Shown here: in pieces, positions 31,087 to 42,291 of the stretch
How positions within the stretch are numbered: position 1 is the stretch's first letter
How the letters are laid out: each line of letters opens with the position of its first letter
NCBI GenBank assembly: GCA_018394315.1
Contig: CP074575.1
Location: forward strand, 992,001-1,056,000
DNA length: 64,000 nucleotides
Reading direction: 5' to 3'
Origin: Mycoplasmatota bacterium
GTDB taxonomy: Bacteria > Bacillota_I > Bacilli_A > MAG-NZ
Program-made: the position numbers and the translations under genes
Notes under the pieces: model-generated
The model's input: only the letters and a program-made list of their open reading frames with translations
Told to the model about the DNA's origin: nothing
Database searches by the model: none

Positions 31087-32823
31087 ATGAAGAAATTATT
31101 AGCTTTAACGCTAGTATTAGGTTTATCTCTATCTTTAGGAGCTTGTACAAGAGAAGTTGAAAAGATAGTAGAAGTTGAAAAAGAAGTTGAAGTTGAAGTT
31201 GAAGTTGAGGTAGAGGTTCCTGTAGACGTAGTTGAACCAGAAGGGACTGTACGTGTAGGTAATACTTCTTTCAATGGTCAATTCTTTGATGGTTGGGGAA
31301 ATTCGTCTTACGATAACAATATTAGAAAATTAGTATTCGGTAATGGTGGATTACTATGTATCGGTGAAGATGCGAAATATCATGCAAACTTTATGGTTGA
31401 GAGTTATGAAGATAATGGTATGGAATTCATTTTCCATTTAAAACAAGGTATTCAGTATTCAACTGGTGAAGAATTCACAGCTGATGATGTTATTTATACA
31501 TATGCATTCTATATGGACGTAGAAGCATTAACTGCTGTAGGTAGTTCTACTTCTTTACCTGAGTATTTAGAAAGTGTTGAAAAAATTGATGAGTATACAG
31601 TTAAATTCAACCTTAAAGAGAGAATTTACACTACTTTAGGTACAGTATTTACATATTATATTATCAGTGAAGATCAAATTGAAGAATTTAGACCTGCTGA
31701 CATTACACCACAACAACATGTGTATGACAGTTTATTAAGTCAACCAGTTGGTATGGGTCCTTATAAACTTGAACAATATGCAGAAGGTCAATTTGTTAAG
31801 TTAACTTGGAATCCTTATTATAAAGGTAACTACGCAGGAGATGTACCATCAATTAGAAACGTAGTTGTAAGAGTTGTTTCTGACGTTACTGATATTGATG
31901 AATTATTAACTAATAACATTGATATCTTAGCTGGTATTGTTGATGAAGATAAAATTGATGCAGCTAAAGACTCAGCAGGACATACTTTCAATAACTATGA
32001 CCGTCATGGTTACGGACATATCACATTCCATAATGACTTTGATGTAACTAAATATAAAGAAGTTCGTAAAGCTATCGCTTATGCTACTGATAGAAGAGCA
32101 TTTATCGCTGATTTCTTAGGTTCTTACGGTAGACCAGTTCAAGGTCCTTATTCTACTAACTTCTCAATGGTAACTCCTGAATTTGAAGCAAGCTTAATTA
32201 ACTATCAAGCTGATGCTGATAAAGTTGCTGAAGTATTAGAAGCTGAAGGTTGGGCTAAAGGTGATGATGGTATTTATGCTAAAAATGGTGAAAAATTAAT
32301 CATCAACGTTGCATGTGGTACTAAGTCTTGGAAAGATTCTTTCGCATTAATTTGGGAAGGTTCTGTTGAAGAATACGGTATTCAGTTCAACGTACATCAT
32401 ATCGATTTCGCTGTATTATTAGATCATTATTATGGATTTAGTACATATGGTACAGATGTATCTGAAAGAAAATATCATGCATTCGCATTAGCTACTTCAT
32501 TTAATGGTCCTGACTTTGATGGATATGCAAACTGGCATTCAGATAAAGTTTATGACTTCGGTGCTCAAGCGTCAAATAATAGTTCAAGATTTGAAGATGC
32601 ACAAGCTGATGAGTACTTAATGAACATGAGACAGGCTACTACTTACGAAGTTTATGAAGAAAATTATCAAGCATGGGTTACATTAATGAATGATAATATG
32701 CCATTAATTCCAATGTACTCTAATGATTATCATGATTTATACTCTTCAAAATTAGAAAATCTTAACACTGGTCCTATCTGGGGATGGGCTGATGGAATTG
32801 TTAAAGCTACTTTAAATGACTAG
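31087..32823 (+). CDS. oppA: Oligopeptide/nickel-family ABC substrate-binding lipoprotein
   Basis: Lipobox LGAC, FTADDVIYT, PVGMGPY, VRKAIAYA; (VE)n linker after the Cys. Confidence 0.9.
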   Translation: MKKLLALTLVLGLSLSLGACTREVEKIVEVEKEVEVEVEVEVEVPVDVVEPEGTVRVGNTSFNGQFFDGWGNSSYDNNIRKLVFGNGGLLCIGEDAKYHANFMVESYEDNGMEFIFHLKQGIQYSTGEEFTADDVIYTYAFYMDVEALTAVGSSTSLPEYLESVEKIDEYTVKFNLKERIYTTLGTVFTYYIISEDQIEEFRPADITPQQHVYDSLLSQPVGMGPYKLEQYAEGQFVKLTWNPYYKGNYAGDVPSIRNVVVRVVSDVTDIDELLTNNIDILAGIVDEDKIDAAKDSAGHTFNNYDRHGYGHITFHNDFDVTKYKEVRKAIAYATDRRAFIADFLGSYGRPVQGPYSTNFSMVTPEFEASLINYQADADKVAEVLEAEGWAKGDDGIYAKNGEKLIINVACGTKSWKDSFALIWEGSVEEYGIQFNVHHIDFAVLLDHYYGFSTYGTDVSERKYHAFALATSFNGPDFDGYANWHSDKVYDFGAQASNNSSRFEDAQADEYLMNMRQATTYEVYEENYQAWVTLMNDNMPLIPMYSNDYHDLYSSKLENLNTGPIWGWADGIVKATLND

Positions 32824-32910
32824 TATCTAAACAAACATTAGAATAAATAAAAAAAAATATTGTTATCGGTATCTGATACCGGTAACAATATTTATTGAGA
32901 AAGGATAATT

Positions 32911-33939
32911 ATGGAAGAAACAAAATTTACGAATAGAATAATGAGAATAATTGACACTTCTATTCCGTTTTTGAAGTATTTGGTTAAGAGATTGCTTCTT
33001 ATGATACCAGTTATCATAATAATTTCTTTACTAATATTCTTTATGATCCAAAATATGCCTGGAAACGAACTGAATATGTTCTTCAATCCAGAAGATCCTT
33101 CGTTAACAGAATTGCAAAAACAAATGTTAACTGAGTACTGGACTGAAAAACTAGGACTAAATGACCCATTTTTCGTGAAATGGGGTAAATGGTGGCTTAA
33201 CATGTTCCAAGGTGATTTTGGTATTTCGATTACAAAACAAAAACCTGTTGCAGATTTTGTTGGGGAAGCTATCATGAACTCATTTAGACTAAATATTTCA
33301 GGATTCATCTTAGCATTCTTGATCTCTATTGTTGTTGGTGTTAAGTCCGCAGTAAAAAGATTTTCAAAATTTGATAATTTTTGGACTGTATTTTCAATTA
33401 TAGGTATATCTTTACCAGGTTTCTTTATGTCAATTTTATTGGTATTCGCATTTTCAGTGAATCTTGGCTGGACACCAATTAGTGGTATGCAGGATCCAAT
33501 GAATGAGACACCAGCAATCCTATACTATATATTACCAGTAACGGTTATTACCTTGAGTTCTCTAGCTTCTTTAATTAGATATGTTAGGAATGCAATGTTA
33601 GAAGTTCTAAAACAAGATTATATTAGGACTGCAAGATCAAAAGGTTTAAAAGAAAAGGTAGTAATTTATAGACACGCATTTAGAAATGCACTTATACCAG
33701 TAATTACTCTAGTCGGATTCTATATTCCTTTATTATTTGGTGGATCAATCGTATTGGAAAGAATATTTGTATGGCCGGGAATTGGGTTATTGATGAACGC
33801 GGCTTATACAGGTCGAGATAGAGCGTTAATGATTACAATGTTGATTTTTTATTCATTCTTAACGTTATTAGGAAATTTATTTATGGATATAGGTTACGCA
33901 TTAGCTGATCCAAGAGTACGAGAAGGAGGAGAACGATAA
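32911..33939 (+). CDS. oppB: Peptide ABC permease
   Basis: DYIRTARSKGL and HAFRNALIP. Confidence 0.93.
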   Translation: MEETKFTNRIMRIIDTSIPFLKYLVKRLLLMIPVIIIISLLIFFMIQNMPGNELNMFFNPEDPSLTELQKQMLTEYWTEKLGLNDPFFVKWGKWWLNMFQGDFGISITKQKPVADFVGEAIMNSFRLNISGFILAFLISIVVGVKSAVKRFSKFDNFWTVFSIIGISLPGFFMSILLVFAFSVNLGWTPISGMQDPMNETPAILYYILPVTVITLSSLASLIRYVRNAMLEVLKQDYIRTARSKGLKEKVVIYRHAFRNALIPVITLVGFYIPLLFGGSIVLERIFVWPGIGLLMNAAYTGRDRALMITMLIFYSFLTLLGNLFMDIGYALADPRVREGGER

Positions 33940-35039
33940 TGAGTAAAACTGAATTACTTGAGTCAAAAGCTCATGAGAAGATTTTATCTCCTACGCAATT
34001 AATGATTAATAAATTTAAATCAAACAAACTAGCTATGGCAGGTTTGATTACGTTTATTATTATAGTATTGTTAATAATAGGTACTCAGTTGTACATTAAG
34101 TTTACTGGATATCCTTTAGGTATTAAAGATCCATCTGTATTAGGTGGAAAATATGAGTCTCCTAATGCTGAATTTTGGTTTGGTACTGATAAACAAGGTA
34201 GAAACTACTTTATTCGTGTATTAGCTGGAGGTTGGTTATCGTTATTAGTTGCTATCTTAGCGACAGTACTACAAATTACAATTGGTATGTTTGTTGGAGC
34301 TGTAGCAGGTTTCTTCGGTGGAAGAATTGACAATATATTGATGAGAATAACAGAGATTGTATCTTCATTCCCATTCATAGCAATAGCGATGACAATTTCA
34401 TTTCTATTTATTGATATGCCAGAAGAATCTAGATTATTTATAATGGTATTTATTCTAGGAATTTTGAGATGGACAGGTTTAGCACGTATGGTACGTGGTC
34501 AAATTCTGTCGTTAAGAGAACAAGAATTTATAGTAGCCGCAAAGGCTTTAGGAATTAGTACGAGACATCAAATTACTCGCCACTTACTTCCGAATGTAGT
34601 AGCATATGTTATAGTAAGTGCTACAATCGGTTTTGCAACTGCAATCCTTGCTGAGGCAACTCTAGCTTTCCTAGGACTTTCTGTAGCAGAGCCTGTTCCA
34701 ACATGGGGTAGTTTAATCCAAAGGGTTAAGAGTACATCTATGGGACCTAGATGGTGGCTATGGGTATTCCCTGGTGGATTACTTGTAATGTTTATTATGA
34801 GTGTTAACTTAATTGGGGAAGGTTTAAGAGACGCAGTAGATCCAAAAGCAGTTGCTGGTGTCAAAAATAAAGTTAATGGTTGGGCAATACTTGCAAAATT
34901 TATTGTAAGTATATTATTATTCTTCGTATTTAGTGTATTTGTATCAATTCTATTATTATTTGTAGTTTGGAATGTGGAAAGCATTTATTTCTTCTTCAAG
35001 AAGTATGTTTCTAAAAATGAGGTGAATGCAAATGGGTAA
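33939..35039 (+). CDS. oppC: Peptide ABC permease
   Basis: FGTDKQGR, EFIVAAKALG, GEGLRDAVDP. Confidence 0.93.
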   Translation: MSKTELLESKAHEKILSPTQLMINKFKSNKLAMAGLITFIIIVLLIIGTQLYIKFTGYPLGIKDPSVLGGKYESPNAEFWFGTDKQGRNYFIRVLAGGWLSLLVAILATVLQITIGMFVGAVAGFFGGRIDNILMRITEIVSSFPFIAIAMTISFLFIDMPEESRLFIMVFILGILRWTGLARMVRGQILSLREQEFIVAAKALGISTRHQITRHLLPNVVAYVIVSATIGFATAILAEATLAFLGLSVAEPVPTWGSLIQRVKSTSMGPRWWLWVFPGGLLVMFIMSVNLIGEGLRDAVDPKAVAGVKNKVNGWAILAKFIVSILLFFVFSVFVSILLLFVVWNVESIYFFFKKYVSKNEVNANG

Positions 35040-36018
35040 ATTATTAGATATTAAGAACTTACATACTTACTTCTTTACAGATAAAGGAACAATTAAAGCT
35101 GTAAATGGAGTAGACTTATCCATTGATAGTGGTAAAACACTAGGTGTTGTTGGTGAGTCTGGTTCTGGTAAATCAATTACTTCATTTAGTATACTAAGAT
35201 TACTAGAAAACCCAGGTAGAATTGTTGAAGGTGAAATTTTATTTGATGGTATAGACCTAACACAATTATCTGAAGAAGATATGATGAAAATTCGTGGAAA
35301 TGACATTTCAATGATATTCCAGGAGCCAATGACATCATTAAATCCTGTTTTTAGAATAGGTCATCAAATTAGCGAACCATTAATTTTACATCAAGGGATG
35401 AATAAAAGAGAAGCGTGGGAAAGATCAATTGAGCTTCTAAGAGAAGTAAAAATACCTAATCCTGAGCGTGTCGCTACAAATTATCCTCATCATCTATCTG
35501 GTGGTATGAGACAACGTGTAATGATCGCTATGGCATTAGCATGTAAACCTAAACTTTTGATTGCTGATGAGCCTACTACAGCTTTAGATGTTACAATACA
35601 AGCACAAATATTTAATCTAATGAATGATTTAAAAAATAATCACAATACCGCAGTGTTATTTATTACTCATGACTTAGGTGTTATCGCTGAACTTGCAGAT
35701 GATGTAGTAGTTATGTATACAGGTGAAGTAGTTGAAAAAGCATCTGTAGAAGAAATATTCGGTAATAGTAAATATCGTCATCCTTATACTGAGGGATTAT
35801 TAAGATCGATTCCGAGTTTGGATGAAGAAGTTGAGTATTTAGATCAAATTGATGGAAGTGTACCTCATCCTCTTAACTTACCAGTTGGTTGTAGATTTGC
35901 TCCAAGATGTAAATATGCTACAGAAAAATGTCAGAAAGAAATACCAAGTTTGATTGAGGTTGAAAAGGGACATCTTGTAAGATGTTTCTATCCGGAATTG
36001 AGGGAAAGAAATGAATAA
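35032..36018 (+). CDS. oppD: Peptide ABC ATPase
   Basis: [25 protein letters not shown]-terminal GCRFAPRC. Confidence 0.95.
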   Translation: MGKLLDIKNLHTYFFTDKGTIKAVNGVDLSIDSGKTLGVVGESGSGKSITSFSILRLLENPGRIVEGEILFDGIDLTQLSEEDMMKIRGNDISMIFQEPMTSLNPVFRIGHQISEPLILHQGMNKREAWERSIELLREVKIPNPERVATNYPHHLSGGMRQRVMIAMALACKPKLLIADEPTTALDVTIQAQIFNLMNDLKNNHNTAVLFITHDLGVIAELADDVVVMYTGEVVEKASVEEIFGNSKYRHPYTEGLLRSIPSLDEEVEYLDQIDGSVPHPLNLPVGCRFAPRCKYATEKCQKEIPSLIEVEKGHLVRCFYPELRERNE

Positions 36019-37183
36019 TAAAGTACTAGTTGAAACTAAAGATTTAAAGCAATACTTTCCTACTGGCAGAAGACGTAACGAAAGTAAAGTTTTAAACCAA
36101 CTTAAATCAGAAATTCTTGAACTTTATAGAAAAGAATTAGCTGATTCAGATCAAAAATTGACATTTAAGCATATAATAAGGGAACATGAAGAGGGAAAAA
36201 TTTCCAACGAAAATATTAAAGATTTAATTGAAGAATATAATAAAGTAAAAGAAGTTCATAAAGAAAAACTATATGTAAAAGCTAATGATGGTATTAATTT
36301 AAAAATACATGAGGGTGAAACAGTTGGACTTGTAGGTGAGTCTGGATGTGGTAAATCTACACTTGGAAGAGCAATATTAAAACTTTATTCTTTAACTGCA
36401 GGGAAGGTATTATTTGACGGTAATGATATAACTGATTTGTCAGTTGGTAAAATGAAAGAATTAAGACAGGATATGCAAATCATCTTCCAGGATCCGTACT
36501 CTTCACTAAATCCAAGAATGACTGTTGGTCAAATTATTGGTGAGGCTCTTGTAGAACAAGGACTATATCAAAAAGGTTCTCAAGAGTGGGAAGACTATGT
36601 AAAAGAAATTATGAAAACTTGTGGACTTGACGATTATATGATTTATCGTTTCCCACATGAGTTTTCTGGGGGACAACGTCAAAGAATCGGAATCGCTCGT
36701 GCTTTGGCATTGAAACCAAGATTTATTGTATGTGATGAAGCAGTATCAGCACTGGATGTTTCGATTCAATCGCAAGTTATTAACTTATTACAAGACTTAC
36801 AAAAAGACTTCGGGTTGTCATACTTATTTATTTCACACGATCTATCTGTAGTTAAACATATTAGTGATAGAATTGGTGTTATGTATTTAGGTGATATAGT
36901 TGAGTTAGCCGACAAAAGAGCTATTTATAATAATCCACAACATCCTTATACTAAAGCATTACTTTCTGCAATTCCTGTTACAAACTTGGAAATTGCTAGA
37001 AACAAGAAAAGAATTATTTTAGAGGGAGATATTCCTTCTAATGTAATTACTCCAACAGGATGTAAGTTCCATACTAGATGTCCAATTGCTAAGAGTATAT
37101 GTAAAACAACGGAACCAGAGTGGAGAGAAGTAGAAAAAGATCACTTTGTATCTTGTCATTACGCAGGTGCTGAAGTTAAATAA
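36011..37183 (+). CDS. oppF: Peptide ABC ATPase with helical insertion before Walker A
   Basis: GESGCGKST, FSGGQRQR, GCKFHTRC. Confidence 0.95.
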   Translation: MNNKVLVETKDLKQYFPTGRRRNESKVLNQLKSEILELYRKELADSDQKLTFKHIIREHEEGKISNENIKDLIEEYNKVKEVHKEKLYVKANDGINLKIHEGETVGLVGESGCGKSTLGRAILKLYSLTAGKVLFDGNDITDLSVGKMKELRQDMQIIFQDPYSSLNPRMTVGQIIGEALVEQGLYQKGSQEWEDYVKEIMKTCGLDDYMIYRFPHEFSGGQRQRIGIARALALKPRFIVCDEAVSALDVSIQSQVINLLQDLQKDFGLSYLFISHDLSVVKHISDRIGVMYLGDIVELADKRAIYNNPQHPYTKALLSAIPVTNLEIARNKKRIILEGDIPSNVITPTGCKFHTRCPIAKSICKTTEPEWREVEKDHFVSCHYAGAEVK

Positions 37184-37386
37184 TGAAAAGAAACTATAAA
37201 GATCAATTTGAATCTAAACGAGCACGAAAATTAAGAGAACGAGAAGAATTTGAGAAATACAGCAAGAAGACTGAGTTTGAAAAGGGAGACTTTTTAGCAC
37301 TAGTTATTGCTGCACTAACAACTTTTTTTCCAATAGCATTGGGTATCTTCTTGTTAGTATTCTTGATCATGATGTTAATTTTTTAA
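37183..37386 (+). CDS. Small membrane protein at the end of the opp operon
   Basis: TAATG coupling; EKGDFLALVIAA followed by a hydrophobic C-terminus. Confidence 0.75.
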   Translation: MKRNYKDQFESKRARKLREREEFEKYSKKTEFEKGDFLALVIAALTTFFPIALGIFLLVFLIMMLIF

Positions 37387-37781
37387 GTATATTATTTACA
37401 AGAGCACTATAAGGTTACGATTTATTAATTACAATGGCTTTTAGTCAAAAAAAATGGAATTTTAAGGGGTGTCATTCGAAAGATTGATCCCTTTTTAATA
37501 GATAGAAAATTCAGTATTTCCAACTATTATTAATTCTAATTGTGAATTAACTCCTAGTAGCCCGAATTTCTAATTGGCCGGTAGACATATCTGATACTAA
37601 AATAATGATTTATGTTATTATTAAATATGTTAATCTGAATTTAAGTGTAATTTCCAGGATTAATGTATGAAGAAATAAAGACTTTTAGAATTATCTACAA
37701 GTGTTTATATTATTGTTAGTATTAGGTGGTTGATTAATTATCGATGATTTAGTAAAATTACTTAAGAGGGAGGTTGAAAAT

Positions 37782-38213
37782 ATGATTCAAATGTATACAA
37801 CTCCATCGTGTGGGTCTTGTAGAAAAGCAAAAAAATGGTTTAACGATAGAGGTATTCCTTTCACCGAAAAGAATATTTTTAGTGTTAAAATGACTCAAAA
37901 CGAAGTGATGAACATTTTAAGAAATACTGAGAATGGTGTTTTTGATATAATCTCATCAAGATCAAAATTAATTGTTAATAGCGATATAGATTTAAATAGT
38001 TTATCTATGAATGAACTTATTAATTTCATAATTGATAATCCTAGTGTCCTTCGTAGACCGATTATTTTAAGTGATACTAATATTCAAATTGGATACAATG
38101 AAGATGACATTAGAGTTTTTATTCCAGTAGAGTATCGTAGAAAGATGATGTGTCTTGATTGTTCTAATAATGATGAATGTGATTATAAAGCTGGATTGCT
38201 AAAAAAGGGATGA
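37782..38213 (+). CDS. spx: Spx-family transcription regulator
   Basis: YTTPSCGSCRKAKKW, LRRPII, IGYNEDDIRVF. Confidence 0.9.
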   Translation: MIQMYTTPSCGSCRKAKKWFNDRGIPFTEKNIFSVKMTQNEVMNILRNTENGVFDIISSRSKLIVNSDIDLNSLSMNELINFIIDNPSVLRRPIILSDTNIQIGYNEDDIRVFIPVEYRRKMMCLDCSNNDECDYKAGLLKKG

Positions 38214-38217
38214 TAAT

Positions 38218-38985
38218 ATGTTTGCTACAGTTGTAAAGAACGATTTAGTAAGTAAAAGAATAGAGAAGAAACTAAAAGATAGATTAAGTATAGGCGAAAC
38301 TAATACCCCAAAGATAGTTTTTTGTATTGGTGGTGACGGAACTATCTTAAGAGCTATACATAAGTATAGTGATATTTTGGATGATATTATTATATTTGGC
38401 ATTCATACTGGTCACTTAGGATTCTTTATGGATTTCAACGAAAAGAATCTTGATAACATGATAGATAGCGTTATTAATGAATCGTTTGAAGTTCATGGAT
38501 TCAATATTGCTGAAGCTGAATTAAAAACTAAGAATAAAACTTTTACTTATTTTGCATTAAATGAGTTTCAACTAATTAAGGTTGACCGAGTTATAGTATT
38601 AGATGTTTACATAGATGATAAAAAGTTTGAAACCTTTAGGGGAACAGGACTATGTTTTTCCACTCCTGGAGGATCAACAGGAATGAATAGATCTTTAGGT
38701 GGAGCAATAGTTGATCCTGATCTTCATTCAATTCAGTTAACTGAACTTGCAAGTATTAATTCAAATGCTTATCGCACTATTGGGTCTTCTTTGATATTAG
38801 GACGTGATCGAACATTACATTTGAAGCCTGAAGCACCGATCGATGTTGACTTTTGTTATGACCATCTAACTATGAATATTAGGGGAATGATAGAATTTAG
38901 TTGTTCTCTATCAGATAGAAAAGTAAGAATTGCTTATAATAAAAATAACCCTTTCTTCGAAAGAGTTAAACAAGCATTTTTGTAA
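38218..38985 (+). CDS. nadK: NAD kinase
   Basis: GGDGT, GHLGF, NE and STPGGSTG motifs. Confidence 0.93.
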   Translation: MFATVVKNDLVSKRIEKKLKDRLSIGETNTPKIVFCIGGDGTILRAIHKYSDILDDIIIFGIHTGHLGFFMDFNEKNLDNMIDSVINESFEVHGFNIAEAELKTKNKTFTYFALNEFQLIKVDRVIVLDVYIDDKKFETFRGTGLCFSTPGGSTGMNRSLGGAIVDPDLHSIQLTELASINSNAYRTIGSSLILGRDRTLHLKPEAPIDVDFCYDHLTMNIRGMIEFSCSLSDRKVRIAYNKNNPFFERVKQAFL

Positions 38986-40491
38986 GGCTCTAAGTCAAGG
39001 ATTGGGGTAAACTCAATAAAAGAGTAAGAGCTCAAAGGATGTAGATTGAAAAATCTATGTCCTTTTTTTGTGCATAACTATGCAGATACAACGTGTCTTG
39101 AATTATTGTGATGATAAAGGATCTTGTTTCTAAAGGTATTGAAACATCTGAACCCATATGAAGTACGTTTAATCACTTTGATATAGTTGTTAGATCCTTC
39201 TATAAAAGAACTAGTATATTTAGTATTCGTATCAGAATTAATCATAAATGAATTGACTATTTCAGGTAACCATCGTTCAATTGATAATGCTGCTTCTCTA
39301 TATTCACCAATGTTAGATTTTTTAGATTCAATTATCCAATTAGAGATTTTAGAATAAACATCAGGATAAGTAGAGCTATGAACAATCTCATAAAATGATT
39401 CTAGTAGTTCCCTAGCTGTAGCTAACTCTGGATGGATGTTTCTCATATAATCTAGTAAGTAAGAATCGCTAGTCCATTGTTTAGTTCTTTTGTCAAACTT
39501 CCAATCATTAGAGATGTTTTCCGACTTTGTATTAAATAATCTCCACCTAGACTTGAGAACTTTATATTCTTTATCAGTACGATTAAATTTCTTCATAATC
39601 CGTATTCTTATCTTTTTAGCTGCATTGGTGACTAGTCTCACAAAATGAAATGTATCAATAACTATAGTAGCGTTAGGGAAGAACTCCTTACAAATATCAT
39701 AGTAAGTATGATACATATCCATAGTAATAACCTCTACATTATTAAGTTCTTCAGAACTAAACTTACTAAAGTAATGATGTAAATAATCCTTATACCTACA
39801 TGGTAATATGTCGATTATCTTTCTGTTCGACGGATCACATAGAGATAGATTATACTTATAACCACCACTGTTACCTTTAAATTCGTCTATGCTTAATACT
39901 CTAGGTAATTTCTGTCTAGATTGCTTACAGTGTAAGTTAAAAATTATTCTTACAGTAGTAGAAGACATATTAAGTCTTTTACCCATATCTTTGAATGAAG
40001 ATACTAGTATTGCTTCTTTAATAACACTCCATTTAGAGTTAGCACTTATCTTATTGTATTTCTCTACGAATTGAGTAGGTAAAGAGAATCTCTTACCACA
40101 ATCACAACGATATCTACGTTGCTTGTATTTGATGAAACACTTACGGTTATTGAAAACACCATGATTAATAGTTCGAGTATAGTAGTCATGAACTTTATCA
40201 GTTAGCTCTCCGCATACAGGACATTTAGATAACTGAAGCTCTCTGGATAAGTTAATTATAATTTCATCTCCTACATGTTCATAACCATCAATGTGAATAT
40301 TTTGATCATCAATGTTGAATAGTGATTTCAAATCTTCATTAAATGTGATAAAATTTCTTTGCATAATACACCTCTTTTAATTGGGTTTCGTCGCTTTAAT
40401 TATAACGTGTTATTATGCACTTTTTTTATTTCCGCTAAAAAAGTTTGAAATAAGAGAATAACTCTCTTACCCCAAACTTAATTTTACAGCC
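38986..40491 (-). mobile_element. ISL3-family insertion sequence, about 1506 bp
   Basis: Imperfect IRs starting GGCT (GGCTCTAAGTCAAGGATTGGGGTAA and, from the other end, GGCTGTAAAATTAAGTTTGGGGTAA); no clear target duplication. Confidence 0.9.
39078..40364 (-). CDS. ISL3 transposase
   Basis: CPVCG and CDCG Zn finger, SIDEFKG, TMDMY, DTFH, IEGSNNYIKVIKR. Confidence 0.95.
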   Translation of the reverse strand: MQRNFITFNEDLKSLFNIDDQNIHIDGYEHVGDEIIINLSRELQLSKCPVCGELTDKVHDYYTRTINHGVFNNRKCFIKYKQRRYRCDCGKRFSLPTQFVEKYNKISANSKWSVIKEAILVSSFKDMGKRLNMSSTTVRIIFNLHCKQSRQKLPRVLSIDEFKGNSGGYKYNLSLCDPSNRKIIDILPCRYKDYLHHYFSKFSSEELNNVEVITMDMYHTYYDICKEFFPNATIVIDTFHFVRLVTNAAKKIRIRIMKKFNRTDKEYKVLKSRWRLFNTKSENISNDWKFDKRTKQWTSDSYLLDYMRNIHPELATARELLESFYEIVHSSTYPDVYSKISNWIIESKKSNIGEYREAALSIERWLPEIVNSFMINSDTNTKYTSSFIEGSNNYIKVIKRTSYGFRCFNTFRNKILYHHNNSRHVVSA

Positions 40492-40493
40492 TT

Positions 40494-41069
40494 TTACTTT
40501 GTGATTATTTTATCTACAATTCCATATTCAAGTGCTTCTTCAGCGAACATGTATTTATCTCTTTCTGTGTCTCTTTCGATTACTTCTATAGCTTGGTTAG
40601 TGTTTTCTGCTAACAATTTATTAATTCTACTTTTTATTTTAAGAATATGTTCAGCTGCAATTTGAATTTCAGTGGCTTGACCTTTTGCCCCACCCAAAGG
40701 TTGGTGTATTAACACTTCACTATTTGGTAATGCATATCTTTTTCCTGGAGCACCACTACTAAGGAGAAAGGCACCCATGCTTGCTGCCATTCCCACGCAT
40801 ATAGTAATTACTTCTGGCTCTATATAATTCATAGTATCGTATATAGCCATTCCTCCTGTAACACTTCCGCCTGGAGAATTAATATATAGATTAATTTCTT
40901 TTTTACTGTCTTGTGCAGCTAGGAAAAGTAATTGTGCAACTATACTGTTTGCTACCATATCATTAATTTCACCGCTTAACATTATTACTCTATCTTTTAA
41001 GAGTCTTGAATATATATCATAAGTTCTTTCTCCAAATGATGTTTGTTCTACTACGATTGGAATATTCAT
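40494..41069 (-). CDS. clpP: ATP-dependent Clp protease proteolytic subunit
   Basis: [28 protein letters not shown]. Confidence 0.98.
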   Translation of the reverse strand: MNIPIVVEQTSFGERTYDIYSRLLKDRVIMLSGEINDMVANSIVAQLLFLAAQDSKKEINLYINSPGGSVTGGMAIYDTMNYIEPEVITICVGMAASMGAFLLSSGAPGKRYALPNSEVLIHQPLGGAKGQATEIQIAAEHILKIKSRINKLLAENTNQAIEVIERDTERDKYMFAEEALEYGIVDKIITK

Positions 41070-41138
41070 AAAATCTCTCCTTATTTTTTTATTTATTATA
41101 ACTTACATAAAATGTAAAATTTGTCGTAATAATATTAT

Positions 41139-41154
41139 ATGATAACGTTTCCCA
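41139..41154. promoter_or_regulatory. cre-like (CcpA) site in the clpP-gap divergent region
   Basis: ATGATAACGTTTCCCA resembles WTGNNARCGNWWWCAW. Confidence 0.5.
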
Positions 41155-41232
41155 TATATGATACCCATTGAATTAAGGAACGTTTAAGGTTAAAATGGTT
41201 ATGGATAGAATATAAGAAGGAGAGTGATTTTA

Positions 41233-42240
41233 ATGGCAGTAAAAGTAGCAATAAATGGTTTTGGGAGAATAGGTCGTTTGGCATTTAGACTAATGAATGA
41301 AGACGATAATTACGATGTAGTAGCAATAAATGATTTAACTGATGCTACAACATTAGCTTATTTGTTGAAGTACGACTCAGCTCAAGGTAATTATATGGTT
41401 AATTCTATTGAAGCAAAAGATAGCTCAATAATAGTAAATGGAAATGAAATTGAAATTTATGCCAATCCTAATCCCGCGGAATTACCATGGGGTGAACTAG
41501 ACATTGATGTAGTATTAGAATGTACTGGATTCTTTACCTCAAAGGAAAAGGCTGAAGCACATATAAGTGCAGGAGCGAAGAAAGTTGTAATTTCTGCACC
41601 AGCTAAGGGAGATTTAAAATCTATCGTTTATAACGTAAATCATGAGATTCTAGATGGTAGTGAAACAATTATATCAGGTGCTTCATGTACTACAAATTGT
41701 TTGGCTCCAGTTGCAAAAGTATTAAATGATGAGTTTGGTATTGTTAAAGGATTTATGACTACAGTTCATGCTTATACAAATGATCAAAGCACTCTAGATG
41801 CACCACACCAAAAGGGTATTCATGCAAGACGTGGTAGAGCAGCAGCAGCAAACATCGTTCCTACTTCAACAGGAGCAGCAGTAGCTGTTGGTAAAGTACT
41901 ACCTGATTTATTAGGAAAATTAGATGGTGGAGCATTACGTGTTCCGACTATTACTGGTTCTTGTGTTGATTTAGTTATCGAATTAGCAAAGACAGTTACT
42001 GAAGAAGAAGTAAATGCAGCAATGAAAAGTGCTGCTAATGAGAGTCTAGGTTATACAGAAGATCCAATAGTTTCAAGTGATGTTATTGGAAGTAGTTTTG
42101 GTTCTTTATTTGATGCTCAATGTACTAAGGTTATGGAAGTTGATGGTAAACAATTAGTTAAAGTGTTAACTTGGTATGATAATGAAATGAGTTATACTGC
42201 ACAAATGGTAAGAACTATTAAGTATTTGATGGAAATTTAA
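41233..42240 (+). CDS. gap: Glyceraldehyde-3-phosphate dehydrogenase
   Basis: [24 protein letters not shown]. Confidence 0.99.
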   Translation: MAVKVAINGFGRIGRLAFRLMNEDDNYDVVAINDLTDATTLAYLLKYDSAQGNYMVNSIEAKDSSIIVNGNEIEIYANPNPAELPWGELDIDVVLECTGFFTSKEKAEAHISAGAKKVVISAPAKGDLKSIVYNVNHEILDGSETIISGASCTTNCLAPVAKVLNDEFGIVKGFMTTVHAYTNDQSTLDAPHQKGIHARRGRAAAANIVPTSTGAAVAVGKVLPDLLGKLDGGALRVPTITGSCVDLVIELAKTVTEEEVNAAMKSAANESLGYTEDPIVSSDVIGSSFGSLFDAQCTKVMEVDGKQLVKVLTWYDNEMSYTAQMVRTIKYLMEI

Positions 42241-42291
42241 GACTGCAATAGCGGTCTTTTTTTGTGGTATAATATTTTTGAGGTGTGATGT

